From positions 1 through 26,633 of the IMG/VR virus record IMGVR_UViG_3300017784_009472: a stretch of 26,633 nucleotides of DNA. One strand, 5' to 3'. Of this stretch, positions 7,120-16,406 are shown one piece after another. A program made the translations under genes and the position numbers. The first letter of the stretch is position 1. Each line of letters begins with the position of its first letter. This DNA comes from a virus. Its lineage: Duplodnaviria > Caudoviricetes. The notes beneath the pieces were generated by a model that was given only the letters and a program-made list of their open reading frames with translations, did no database searches and had not been told where the DNA came from.

Positions 7120-7844
7120 TAACTATTGTATATTTTTGTTATATTCCAAGCTATTCTTGCACCAGACCTGAGTGGTGGTCTAAAGACAGCTCTAAATTGT
7201 ATTTTGCTGTTACTATTTACATAGCTGTTGCTAACATTCTCTTCAATGAATATCATGGGTATTGAGGAAAGAAGATTTGTTTGTAGAAAGCTATTCAATT
7301 CCGTATTAAAAAGATATTGCACATTGATATCACTAGGCTGTATAAACAAATTTTGTGGCACACTATTATTTCCTATAACAACTTCGGAAAAGGAAGGTGC
7401 TGAATTTGATGCTGCAACATATATAATTCCATTGTCTGTAAATATTAAGGGAACTGCAGCTGAAACTGCATTTAATTTTGTATCTGTTTGTGCACTTAAT
7501 GAATTTATGTAATCTGATGTTGTATTGCTTATATCAACAATAACACCGGAGCGTATGTCGAATGTGTTATAATTACCAGTCTTAGTTATTCCTGAAACAC
7601 CATTAACATACAATTGTGTAATGTATGCCGATGCTGCTGAAACTGCAGTTGAAACTGTTAAAGAATCAGAAGAAAGCGATCCTTGAATAGTAACATTATT
7701 CCCTGATACCGCTATAAACGGGAGATCAACAAAATCAATAAGTGCTTGACCTTGCGGTGTCTTTACAACAAAATAATCGCCAGGTGCGATTTCTGGTATT
7801 TTCGGTAAATCCGATATATTGACATAATTGTTATCGTTTGACAT
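7119..7844 (-). CDS. hypothetical Ser/Thr/Asn-rich probable virion structural (tail/baseplate-associated) protein
   Basis: 241 aa; N-terminal ISDLP..IAPGDYFVV resembles phage fiber attachment segments; late-type motif upstream. Confidence 0.75.
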   Translation of the reverse strand: MSNDNNYVNISDLPKIPEIAPGDYFVVKTPQGQALIDFVDLPFIAVSGNNVTIQGSLSSDSLTVSTAVSAASAYITQLYVNGVSGITKTGNYNTFDIRSGVIVDISNTTSDYINSLSAQTDTKLNAVSAAVPLIFTDNGIIYVAASNSAPSFSEVVIGNNSVPQNLFIQPSDINVQYLFNTELNSFLQTNLLSSIPMIFIEENVSNSYVNSNSKIQFRAVFRPPLRSGARIAWNITKIYNS

Positions 7845-7865
7845 TTCAATTATTTAATATATAAT
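7838..7865 (+). promoter_or_regulatory. consensus sigma70-like promoter of the glycosyltransferase operon
   Basis: TTGACA-N16-TATAAT, 7 nt before ATG 7873. Confidence 0.75.
7851..7858 (-). promoter_or_regulatory. late-promoter variant
   Basis: Minus strand ATTAAATA, 6 nt before ATG 7844. Confidence 0.45.
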
Positions 7866-7872
7866 ATCAAAG

Positions 7873-8637
7873 ATGAAAGAGAAAATAGGTGTAGGTATTG
7901 TAACCTGTGATAGGCCTGCTTTCCTTAAAAAATGTATTAAAAGTATTAATAAAGACTGGTATGATGAATTAGTTATTATAAATGATGGGTTTCAGAGAAT
8001 TGAACAGTCTGGGATGAATATTATTAATAATGAAGTGAATCAAGGTGTTGGCAAGTCAAAGAATAAAGCAATAAAATTTCTCTTAGAAAGAGGCTGTGAG
8101 CATATTTTTCTGGTTGAAGATGATGTTATTTTTCTTCAGAATGCATTTGAAGCATATATTGAAGCCAGCAAAAAAACTAGAGTGAAGCACTTCAATTACT
8201 GCTTGCATGGTCAAGACAACAAACAAAATAACACGCCTAATCCTCGTAAAATTTTTGAAATAAGAGGTCAGAGAGTTGCTTTATATTTTAATGTATACGG
8301 CGCATGTAGCTATTACCATAGATCGGTTTTGGAAGAAATCGGATTAATTGATGAAGTGTATATTAATGCTATGGAGCATGTTGATCATACAATGATTGCT
8401 ATAAACTACAAATACCACCCACCATTTCGATGGTTCATTGACCTAGAGAACAGCAATCAATACATTGTTGATCAAGACTACCATCATGACAAATCTACTA
8501 TAAGAAGAGGCAATTGGATGGAGAATTTTCGTAAAGGTGTAGAGAGATTCAAACAAAAACATAATGTTGATGTTACAAATCCCGGTCAACATTATGACAG
8601 TCTCGATAGAGTTATAGAATACTTTAAATCATTATGA
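7873..8637 (+). CDS. glycosyltransferase family 2 (GT-A fold)
   Basis: GIVTCDRP, LVIINDG, NQGVGKSKN, IFLVEDDV, EHVDH. Confidence 0.9.
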   Translation: MKEKIGVGIVTCDRPAFLKKCIKSINKDWYDELVIINDGFQRIEQSGMNIINNEVNQGVGKSKNKAIKFLLERGCEHIFLVEDDVIFLQNAFEAYIEASKKTRVKHFNYCLHGQDNKQNNTPNPRKIFEIRGQRVALYFNVYGACSYYHRSVLEEIGLIDEVYINAMEHVDHTMIAINYKYHPPFRWFIDLENSNQYIVDQDYHHDKSTIRRGNWMENFRKGVERFKQKHNVDVTNPGQHYDSLDRVIEYFKSL

Positions 8638-9416
8638 GTACAGAAAAAATTGGTGTGGGAATTACCACATATAATACAGAACACTATTACGAGGCATTAT
8701 ACAACTCTTTACCACGCGATAAAATTGATGAACTTGTAACTGTGAATGGTGGTAAAGAATACTCTAAAAAATATGATTCAGATTGGATACAGCACCGTCA
8801 AAACAGATATCCAAGTGTGTGTAGAAATGATTGCATTAATTTTCTCTTAGAAAAAAAATGTGATCATATTTTTATAATTGAAGATGATATGGTCATTAAA
8901 AATAAAGATATATTTCACAAATATATAGATGCGTCCAAAGCAAGCGGGTTAAAGTACTTTTCATTTGTAAGTACATCCTGGGAATCTGGTACTCCTGAAA
9001 AGCGAACACCTAAATTAACCGTAGAATATAATAAAGATACGAGCATTTCATTTTACCCAAATATGTGTAATGAATTTACATATCATCATGCATCGTGTTA
9101 CAGTAAGAACGGTCTGTATGATACAAGCTACAGATTTGCATGGGATGTTGATCTCACGTACAGAGAGTCCATTCGCAGTGATTATGCAGCACCGTTCTGG
9201 TGGTTTGCAGATTTAACAAATTCAGATAACTATATTATGAATAACCCTGAGACGAACAGTCGGATTGACGCACCGGATAATCCTGATGGTTCTCGTACTC
9301 AAAAAATACACAAAGAATGGGAATTTTTTATCAAAAAACATAATATTGCAGTAACACAAATACCGAATAAAACAAAGCAAGAAGTTGTTAGTTTCTTAAA
9401 GCAGATAAAGCCATGA
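8634..9416 (+). CDS. glycosyltransferase family 2-like (paralog of the upstream gene)
   Basis: GITTYN, VNGG, CRNDCI, IFIIEDDM, GLYD, WDVD; ATGA overlap. Confidence 0.85.
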   Translation: MSTEKIGVGITTYNTEHYYEALYNSLPRDKIDELVTVNGGKEYSKKYDSDWIQHRQNRYPSVCRNDCINFLLEKKCDHIFIIEDDMVIKNKDIFHKYIDASKASGLKYFSFVSTSWESGTPEKRTPKLTVEYNKDTSISFYPNMCNEFTYHHASCYSKNGLYDTSYRFAWDVDLTYRESIRSDYAAPFWWFADLTNSDNYIMNNPETNSRIDAPDNPDGSRTQKIHKEWEFFIKKHNIAVTQIPNKTKQEVVSFLKQIKP

Positions 9417-10270
9417 AAATTGCAATTGGTATAAATGCTTTCAAGCCTTATGATAAACTAAATCATCGCGAAATTCTTTGTATAGAGAGTTTACGAAAAT
9501 TAAAACAAAAATTTAAAAACGTTAATCTGTATATTGTAACTTTTGAAGAGGATAAGCTAACTTATGATGGGTTTACTACAGTTAATAAATTAAAAAAGAA
9601 ATCAAATGCAGTTATAAAAGAATATTTTAAGCAAGACTGGCTCTCGCATGAATACAATTTAAGAAAAAATGATATTGATAATAACAAAAGAGAATTACCA
9701 ATAGTAAATGAAATATTTGATGTTATGTCAGATATCGATAGTGATTATTTTTTATTTACAAATACCGATATAATAATTTCTGACAGATTTATTAAGCATA
9801 TAACTGAAGAATTTGAATGCTATCCTGCAAGTAAAGCCTGTATAAAAGATATAAAATCTCTTGAAGAAACACCTGTTGTAGATGCATATTCAGTTCACGG
9901 CTTTGATGCTTACGCCATTAATAACAAGGTATGGAAGAAAGTAGCACCGAGACTTAAACCCTTTATTCTCGGACACAACTATTGGGATACATACTTCTTT
10001 ACAATGCTAAATTGTTTTTGTAAGTGTAAAAATTTAAACAAATTACCTTTTGTTTGCTTCCATATAAATCATGATGGGTGTTCAAGTGATAAAGCTTTTG
10101 TTGAGAATTATTATACAGAAGATGTATTTAGGCGTGATGCAATAGTTAATAAAATTTGGTGGCCCTACGTGTTTAATGTCTTAGAAAAACGCCCGACAGT
10201 TAACAACTGTCTTTGGTACCAACCTTTTGAGAATGAAGTTGAATTAGAGCAACTATATTTTAAAATATAG
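9413..10270 (+). CDS. putative GT-A glycosyltransferase
   Basis: YFLFTNTDIII (DxD-like), GFDAY, LGHNYWD, CFHINH; operon context. Confidence 0.65.
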   Translation: MKIAIGINAFKPYDKLNHREILCIESLRKLKQKFKNVNLYIVTFEEDKLTYDGFTTVNKLKKKSNAVIKEYFKQDWLSHEYNLRKNDIDNNKRELPIVNEIFDVMSDIDSDYFLFTNTDIIISDRFIKHITEEFECYPASKACIKDIKSLEETPVVDAYSVHGFDAYAINNKVWKKVAPRLKPFILGHNYWDTYFFTMLNCFCKCKNLNKLPFVCFHINHDGCSSDKAFVENYYTEDVFRRDAIVNKIWWPYVFNVLEKRPTVNNCLWYQPFENEVELEQLYFKI

Positions 10271-10273
10271 TTA

Positions 10274-11077
10274 ATGAATTCTGTTGTTGCATTGTCTATA
10301 GGCTTTACTTTTGACTATATTAAACCTTTTTTAAAAAGTTTTAATGAACAAGTAGATGGTACTTTGTTTTTAGTTACTGATCTAGCGCCTGCAAATATCC
10401 CGCTTGATCTTAAAAAAATACAAATTATAAATTTCTATAAGTTTATTGAAAAGCATAACATAGCAAAAGGTCTTACACCTTACAACCTAAAACCAATTAT
10501 TTTTTATCTTTTACTCAAAGAAGTACAAAAGCAAACAGATTGTAGTATTACGATGCTTACAGATGTTGATGTTATTTTTCAAGGTGATCCTTTTAAAAAA
10601 TTTAACGATCAATATACAAAAAATGATGTTGTGTTAGCAGAAGAGCGCAATTCTTACAAAGATTGTGAGACAAATTCAATATGGTATAAAGTAGGATACG
10701 CAAATAGTTATGATACTGTAAAAGATAAAAAAATCTTAAATTGCGGTGTCACAATAGGTAGCATTTCCAAAATTATCGATTACCAAAAGCAAGTCGCACA
10801 AGAATTGAGCATAATATTATCACAACGAAATTATTTTGCATATGATCAAGTAATTTTAAACCTTCTTACATATGTTCGCAAGACGCTAGATCTCAAAATT
10901 CTCCCCTTTGGTAATGATTTTATCATCCACCTTTCTGCAGCAAGAGAAGAAGATTATAACACAGAATGGCTAAGAAATAATTTTTTTGCTGAGCCAGGTA
11001 AAGAACCATATACTATAGTGCATCAATTTGATAAAAAGAACATAACGAAAGAATTTGTTCCGAAGAAATATGAGTAA
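10274..11077 (+). CDS. putative GT-A glycosyltransferase
   Basis: LTDVDVIFQGDPF, LNCGVTIG, YDQVILN, IVHQFDK. Confidence 0.75.
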   Translation: MNSVVALSIGFTFDYIKPFLKSFNEQVDGTLFLVTDLAPANIPLDLKKIQIINFYKFIEKHNIAKGLTPYNLKPIIFYLLLKEVQKQTDCSITMLTDVDVIFQGDPFKKFNDQYTKNDVVLAEERNSYKDCETNSIWYKVGYANSYDTVKDKKILNCGVTIGSISKIIDYQKQVAQELSIILSQRNYFAYDQVILNLLTYVRKTLDLKILPFGNDFIIHLSAAREEDYNTEWLRNNFFAEPGKEPYTIVHQFDKKNITKEFVPKKYE

Positions 11078-11963
11078 TTTGGTTTATTTTTTTCTTAACA
11101 GAACATTTCTACCGGGAGATTATAAAAATATGTACACGGCGGATACTCTTCCGCTATATTATCAACAAACATATAATAACAATAAAAAATATGCCGATAA
11201 TTCTTACTTTATTACCCAGAGCCCTTGTAATCTGGATGGCTTTGTAGATGTTAACAGTCTAATTAATACAGAAAAATATAAAGAAGTTATCGATATCTTT
11301 CAAACTAAATGGTCAAGATATATGGTTGATCCGTTTTGGTTTAACACCACTATACGCGTATTTTTATTTTTAATATTTATTATAGAGAATAATTTAACTG
11401 ATACTGTTCATGTTGAAGGTGACAATTTAATTTATTATAATATAGAAAATTTAAATAAAATGTTTGTAAATAATGAATATGGCTTTTGTAATGAAGCACC
11501 GTTTGCTGCAGCGCCATGTTTTATTTTTGTAAAAGATAAAAAAGCCGCACAAACACTTTTAGAACTTCATATAAAACTTATTAAAAAAGGTGAAGACAGT
11601 CTCAAGTATCATGTAGGTCATTTTTATAATTGGATTACAGACATGGCATTATTAGATTTGATCTACAAATATAATAAAGACTATAAAATGCTTCCTTGTT
11701 TACCATATGGTGAATATTCACAAAATTTTGAAACAATAAAAATGTTATTTGATCCCAATCCATATGGCATGTTTTTAGGCGGTACCAACCAGGGTCACCC
11801 TGCAGGTTATACAGAATATAGACATTTTATAGGTAAAGAAATAATGGAAAAAAATATTGACGTAATTTATGAAAAAAAGCCTTTTGTTTTATATGAAGAA
11901 CAAAAAATACCTATTTTTAATCTACACCTGCATAATAAAAAATGTATTGAAAAATTTTTATGA
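11070..11963 (+). CDS. putative glycosyltransferase/nucleotide-sugar-dependent protein
   Basis: FWFNTTIRVF, VHVEGDNLIY, TDMALL, FDPNPYGMFLGG, FNLHLHNK. Start moved from TTG 11055 to ATG 11070, which overlaps the upstream stop. Confidence 0.6.
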   Translation: MSNLVYFFLNRTFLPGDYKNMYTADTLPLYYQQTYNNNKKYADNSYFITQSPCNLDGFVDVNSLINTEKYKEVIDIFQTKWSRYMVDPFWFNTTIRVFLFLIFIIENNLTDTVHVEGDNLIYYNIENLNKMFVNNEYGFCNEAPFAAAPCFIFVKDKKAAQTLLELHIKLIKKGEDSLKYHVGHFYNWITDMALLDLIYKYNKDYKMLPCLPYGEYSQNFETIKMLFDPNPYGMFLGGTNQGHPAGYTEYRHFIGKEIMEKNIDVIYEKKPFVLYEEQKIPIFNLHLHNKKCIEKFL

Positions 11964-12757
11964 TTGATAACACAGATTTTATAATCACACCTGATAAATT
12001 ATTAAGTCTAGCAACAAACTTTATATCTCGATATGGTAAAAAGATAACATATAATCCAGAAGAAAATATAATATTTTTGCACAGCGATAATATTATAACT
12101 TTTATTAGAGAGGTATTACCTAATATAAAATATAAGTTCGTTCTTATTACCCATGATGCAGATGCACCTATTATTGATGATTATCGAATAATTCTAGATA
12201 ATATATTTCTTGTTAAATGGTTTGCTATGAATTGTCACATACTACACGAAAAGCTACAACCTATTCCTATAGGAATGGCAAATGAATGCTGGGCTCATGG
12301 TAATAAGGAAACAATGCTAAAAATAATTAATGAAAATAATAAAAAAGATAATTTTGTTTATTGTAATTTTGATCCTAATACAAACTTATATGATAGATCT
12401 TACGCTATTACAAAATTAAAAGCAAATAAATTTATTAATTTTGAATTTACAAAATTGCCCTACGAGGAATACTTAAGAAAATTGAGTACATATAAATACG
12501 TAATATCACCGCCAGGTAATAGTATTGACTGCCATAGAATTTGGGAATCAATTTATGTTAAAACTATTCCTATTGTAATTAAAAGTATACCGATGGTTTT
12601 CTTTAAGGACTGTCCTATACTATTTATTAATGATTGGGACGACCTCTCACAGGAAATGCTTATTAATAATTACAATACAGTACTAGAGAAAAATAACAAT
12701 AAAGCAGATTTTAGTTATTATAAGAAACTAATTCTTGAATCTAGCAAACAAGAGTAA
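11960..12757 (+). CDS. exostosin (GT47)-like glycosyltransferase
   Basis: LITHDAD, WFAMN, PIPIG, YKYVISPPGNSIDCHRIWESIYVKTIPIV, DWDDL. Confidence 0.75.
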   Translation: MIDNTDFIITPDKLLSLATNFISRYGKKITYNPEENIIFLHSDNIITFIREVLPNIKYKFVLITHDADAPIIDDYRIILDNIFLVKWFAMNCHILHEKLQPIPIGMANECWAHGNKETMLKIINENNKKDNFVYCNFDPNTNLYDRSYAITKLKANKFINFEFTKLPYEEYLRKLSTYKYVISPPGNSIDCHRIWESIYVKTIPIVIKSIPMVFFKDCPILFINDWDDLSQEMLINNYNTVLEKNNNKADFSYYKKLILESSKQE

Positions 12758-12759
12758 TA

Positions 12760-13377
12760 ATGGTAAATATCACAATGGACTATGACGAGCAACTAGCTGA
12801 TGAAGCTCATCTGGGTGGTTACGGTTATAATGGAGACCCTGCTACTACATATCCAAATATGTGGAAATTTTTAGCTAAAGACAAAAAAATTAAATCTATT
12901 ATTGAATTAGGCTGCGCTAGAGGACAGGTATTAAGAATTTTTAATGACTTAGGATGCAAGGTATTGGGAATAGAGGGGTGCACGAAAGCGGTAAAAGAAA
13001 ATCTCCTACCCGACAGAGTCAGACAATATGATTTTACAAAAGTAAAAGTTATACCTCAAAAAAATTATGATCTTGGTATTGCTATTGAATTTGTAGAGCA
13101 TGTCGAAGATTACTATAAAGAAAATTATTTGTCTTGCTTTGATGCATGTAGATATGTTGCAATTACATTTGCCAAACCAGGACAAGGGGGTCACCATCAT
13201 GTAAACTGTCAACCCGAAGAATACTGGATAGGTATTTTTGAAAAAAGAGGCTTCACATACGATTTTGAATATACAAATATACTCAAAGATAAAGCGATGA
13301 CAGATAGATTCGAATATTGTCCGACTTTTGATGGTAATCATTTTGAACATAGGGGATTATTTTTTAGTAAAAAATGA
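12760..13377 (+). CDS. class I SAM-dependent methyltransferase
   Basis: IIELGCARG motif I, LGIEG, YDLGIAIEFVEHV, PGQGGHHHVNCQPEEYW. Confidence 0.88.
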   Translation: MVNITMDYDEQLADEAHLGGYGYNGDPATTYPNMWKFLAKDKKIKSIIELGCARGQVLRIFNDLGCKVLGIEGCTKAVKENLLPDRVRQYDFTKVKVIPQKNYDLGIAIEFVEHVEDYYKENYLSCFDACRYVAITFAKPGQGGHHHVNCQPEEYWIGIFEKRGFTYDFEYTNILKDKAMTDRFEYCPTFDGNHFEHRGLFFSKK

Positions 13378-14183
13378 AAAAAGTCTTTATATCAATGCCT
13401 CACTACAGTGGGTGGAAGCTAGATTATTTTAAAAAATATATGGCACCGCGTAATAGAAAATATTGCGAGCTGCACGGGTATAAATATATTGAAACTTCGC
13501 CTGAAACACTGCATGTTTCACAAATTTTTCCGGGTGTTCCTGATCGAGATAACATTATGTTTTTTAGATGGCAATTCTTTAAAAATGCCATTGAGACGGG
13601 AATGGTTAAAGATGGTGATATAATAAATCATTTTGATTGTGATGTATATATTGCACAACCCCATAAAAAATTTGAAACTACAAAAAGTTTTACTTATGCA
13701 ATTGATTCAGGCAATACCCATTGCATGGGAATCTTTTCTATGAAGATCAATGATTTTACAAAAAAATTGATTGACGCAATAACAAGTAGAGACAGATTTG
13801 AAGCATTAAAAAATTACCCTCTTTTTAAAGAAGACGTTGGACAGTATGTACCTTTTTATGCTTGTGATCAACACGCATACTACCATACTGCTGGTATCAA
13901 GCCTCACAGCTGGGTATCTTTTCTTGATATGCCTAATTTTGGATTTCATTCATGTAAAACAGAATACACAATTTTCAGTTTAGATGAATTAAAGGAACAT
14001 GTTGAAATTTTAGGCCCTGAATGGAACACAACGCATCTTATAGAAGAGACGGGTGAAAACGGCAAACCTAATTATTATGATATAGTACGTATTGAAAAAG
14101 ACAAAGTTATTAATCGTCATTTTGCGGGTGGTCAACCATGGCTTTGTCCAGAGTGGGAAGCTTATAGTCAAAAATATGTATAA
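13374..14183 (+). CDS. putative glycosyltransferase, GT34 (GMA12/MNN10)-like
   Basis: NRKYCELHGYKY, HFDCDVYI (DxD), DQHAY, WN, RHFAG. Confidence 0.65.
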   Translation: MKKVFISMPHYSGWKLDYFKKYMAPRNRKYCELHGYKYIETSPETLHVSQIFPGVPDRDNIMFFRWQFFKNAIETGMVKDGDIINHFDCDVYIAQPHKKFETTKSFTYAIDSGNTHCMGIFSMKINDFTKKLIDAITSRDRFEALKNYPLFKEDVGQYVPFYACDQHAYYHTAGIKPHSWVSFLDMPNFGFHSCKTEYTIFSLDELKEHVEILGPEWNTTHLIEETGENGKPNYYDIVRIEKDKVINRHFAGGQPWLCPEWEAYSQKYV

Positions 14184-14892
14184 CACGAAAATATTTGTTT
14201 GTCACTACCACGCTCTTACAGAACGTAAAGCGTATCTCGATACAGTATTACCAACCTTAGATATTTCCCATGTGTATTCTATGTCTTTCACTCGCGATAA
14301 TTTAAAAGAATATGAACACTGCTTTTCTATGGCCGATGAAGTAATAGACGAAAAATGTAAATATATGATTAATAAATGCGGTAAAGCTGACCTAGGCAAT
14401 GGTATTTCAAACCCTATTAAAGCATTATGCTTAGAACATATAAAAATCTATAATTCTATAGTTGAGGAAAATTTAGATTTTGGAATTATTCTCGAAGACG
14501 ATGCTGTGTTTGTAGATAATTTTAATGAAAAATTAAAAACTACAATAGATAATCTACCAGCAGATTGGGATGTAGTATTCTTAACAAACGGTTGCGAGGG
14601 CAGGCCACATCATTTAGCCTGGGCGCGTGAAAATAATCCGACTATTAATAATTTTGTAAAAATGGCTAAAAGAGTGAGTTGGACGGGAGGTGCATATATG
14701 GTTAAAAGACATATAGCAGAAAAATTTTCAAAGCATATATTTCCTATTGTTTACCCTCCTGACTGGGAATTGAATTACCTTTTAAATTTTTGTGAATGCA
14801 ATACATATTGGTTAGAAGACCCTATAGTATATGAAGGATCCAATCCAGTGTCAGGTCATATGTATAAATACGGAACAAGTGTGTGTAGATAA
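14176..14892 (+). CDS. glycosyltransferase family 25
   Basis: LTERKAY, LCLEHIKIY, IILEDDAVF, WDVVFL, TGGAYMV, PPDW. Start moved to ATG 14176, which overlaps the upstream stop. Confidence 0.85.
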   Translation: MYNTKIFVCHYHALTERKAYLDTVLPTLDISHVYSMSFTRDNLKEYEHCFSMADEVIDEKCKYMINKCGKADLGNGISNPIKALCLEHIKIYNSIVEENLDFGIILEDDAVFVDNFNEKLKTTIDNLPADWDVVFLTNGCEGRPHHLAWARENNPTINNFVKMAKRVSWTGGAYMVKRHIAEKFSKHIFPIVYPPDWELNYLLNFCECNTYWLEDPIVYEGSNPVSGHMYKYGTSVCR

Positions 14893-14895
14893 TTT

Positions 14896-15549
14896 ATGAA
14901 TAAAAATTTTAATTTAACAACACTTAAATGTATTATAGATGAATCAATAAACTACCCAACGCCTAGCAAATTTTCACCAGAAGGACGGAGCGGTGCTGCA
15001 GGCTTGGGTACTTTGTTATTTGGTTTAGTTGTATCTTTACGCGCAAAGAATATACTTGAATTGGGAACCGCTAGCGGTGGGTCTGCATACCCTTTGGTGC
15101 TGGGTGCCTACCTTACAAACGGTAAAGTTATTTCTGTTGATAATGGTACTTTTCCTATAAACATAAACTGGATTAATAATATTGCAATAGAGAATATATC
15201 AGAATACCAAGAATTTATACAATCAGATGCTATTCAATATCTTAAAAATAGAAAAGAACCTATTGATCTGGTGCATATTGATGACTGGCACGATAGGACC
15301 CACGTTTTAGCTGAATTAGAACTTGTAAAGGATCTCTTAACGCCTTGTGGTGTAATAACTATGCATGATGCCATGTATCATAACTCTGAACCGAAATATC
15401 GTGAAGAGCTGGATGCGGTTGGTGAATTTGGTGGAGGCGGTGTATATAAAGCAGTAAAAGATTTTGTAGCAAAATATCCTAATGATTGGGAATATGTAAC
15501 AATTCCTGCTGATCACGGGTTAACTATTTTAAGAAAAATTCAAAAATGA
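14896..15549 (+). CDS. class I SAM-dependent O-methyltransferase (Methyltransf_24-like)
   Basis: ILELGTASGGS, ISVD, IDLVHIDDWH, LTPCGVITMHD, GLTIL. Confidence 0.88.
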   Translation: MNKNFNLTTLKCIIDESINYPTPSKFSPEGRSGAAGLGTLLFGLVVSLRAKNILELGTASGGSAYPLVLGAYLTNGKVISVDNGTFPININWINNIAIENISEYQEFIQSDAIQYLKNRKEPIDLVHIDDWHDRTHVLAELELVKDLLTPCGVITMHDAMYHNSEPKYREELDAVGEFGGGGVYKAVKDFVAKYPNDWEYVTIPADHGLTILRKIQK

Positions 15550-16370
15550 ATATATTTGTATTAGGATCAAGTGGTCAGATTGGCGCGCCTCTTACATCGT
15601 ATCTAAGAAGTAATGGTCATACAGTAACCGAGTTTGACATTGTTAATACATATGATCAAGATGTATCTAACCCGCATATGTTTACTGTGGAAAAATTAAA
15701 AAAGGCTGATTTTGTTTATTTTCTTGCTTTTGATGTAGGTGGGTCGCGATATCTTAAAACATATCAAAATACTTTTAATTTTTTACATAACAATATTAGT
15801 TTAATGAAAAATGTTTTTGAAAAACTACAAATCACAAAAACACCATTTATTTTTGCTTCATCTCAAATGTCAAACATGACACACTCTTCATATGGTGTTG
15901 CAAAAAAGATTGGTGAGCTCTATACTGATATGCTCAATGGCTTGACTGTTAAATTTTGGAATGTTTATGGATATGAAGAAAATCTAGAGAAATCTCACGT
16001 TATAACAGATTTTATTTTAAAAGCAAAATCAGGCCACATCGATTGCTCTACCAATGGTCAAGAAAGTAGACAATTTTTATATGTTGATGATTGTTGTAAA
16101 GCTTTGCTTACTCTAGCTGAGCAGTGGAAAACCCTGGATAAAGGACCTGATCATGAATACCATATTACATCATTTGAGTGGCATACTATTCAGCAAGTAG
16201 CAGAGACAATACAGAAAATTATACCCTGTACACTCTCGTTTGCACAAGGAATCGATACAGTTCAAAAAGATTCTAAAAACGAACCTAGAAAAGATATTCT
16301 CAAGTATTGGTCCCCTTGTACGACATTAGAACAGGGCATAGACAATATTACTAAACTTTATAAAAAATAA
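15546..16370 (+). CDS. NAD-dependent nucleotide-sugar epimerase/dehydratase (extended SDR)
   Basis: VLGSSGQIG Rossmann motif, FASS, YGVAK (YxxxK), NVYG, RQFLYVDD. Confidence 0.9.
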   Translation: MNIFVLGSSGQIGAPLTSYLRSNGHTVTEFDIVNTYDQDVSNPHMFTVEKLKKADFVYFLAFDVGGSRYLKTYQNTFNFLHNNISLMKNVFEKLQITKTPFIFASSQMSNMTHSSYGVAKKIGELYTDMLNGLTVKFWNVYGYEENLEKSHVITDFILKAKSGHIDCSTNGQESRQFLYVDDCCKALLTLAEQWKTLDKGPDHEYHITSFEWHTIQQVAETIQKIIPCTLSFAQGIDTVQKDSKNEPRKDILKYWSPCTTLEQGIDNITKLYKK

Positions 16371-16372
16371 TA

Positions 16373-16400
16373 TTGAAAAAATAAAACTCTATAGTAAATT
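16373..16400 (+). promoter_or_regulatory. sigma70-like promoter
   Basis: TTGAAA-N16-TAAATT, 6 nt before GTG 16407. Confidence 0.5.
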
Positions 16401-16406
16401 TATATA

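Noticed and set aside
14092-14175. Long upstream starts for ORFs 14092, 11055 and 18707
   Set aside because: Excess overlap with upstream genes; ATGs at 14176, 11070 and 18785 fit better.
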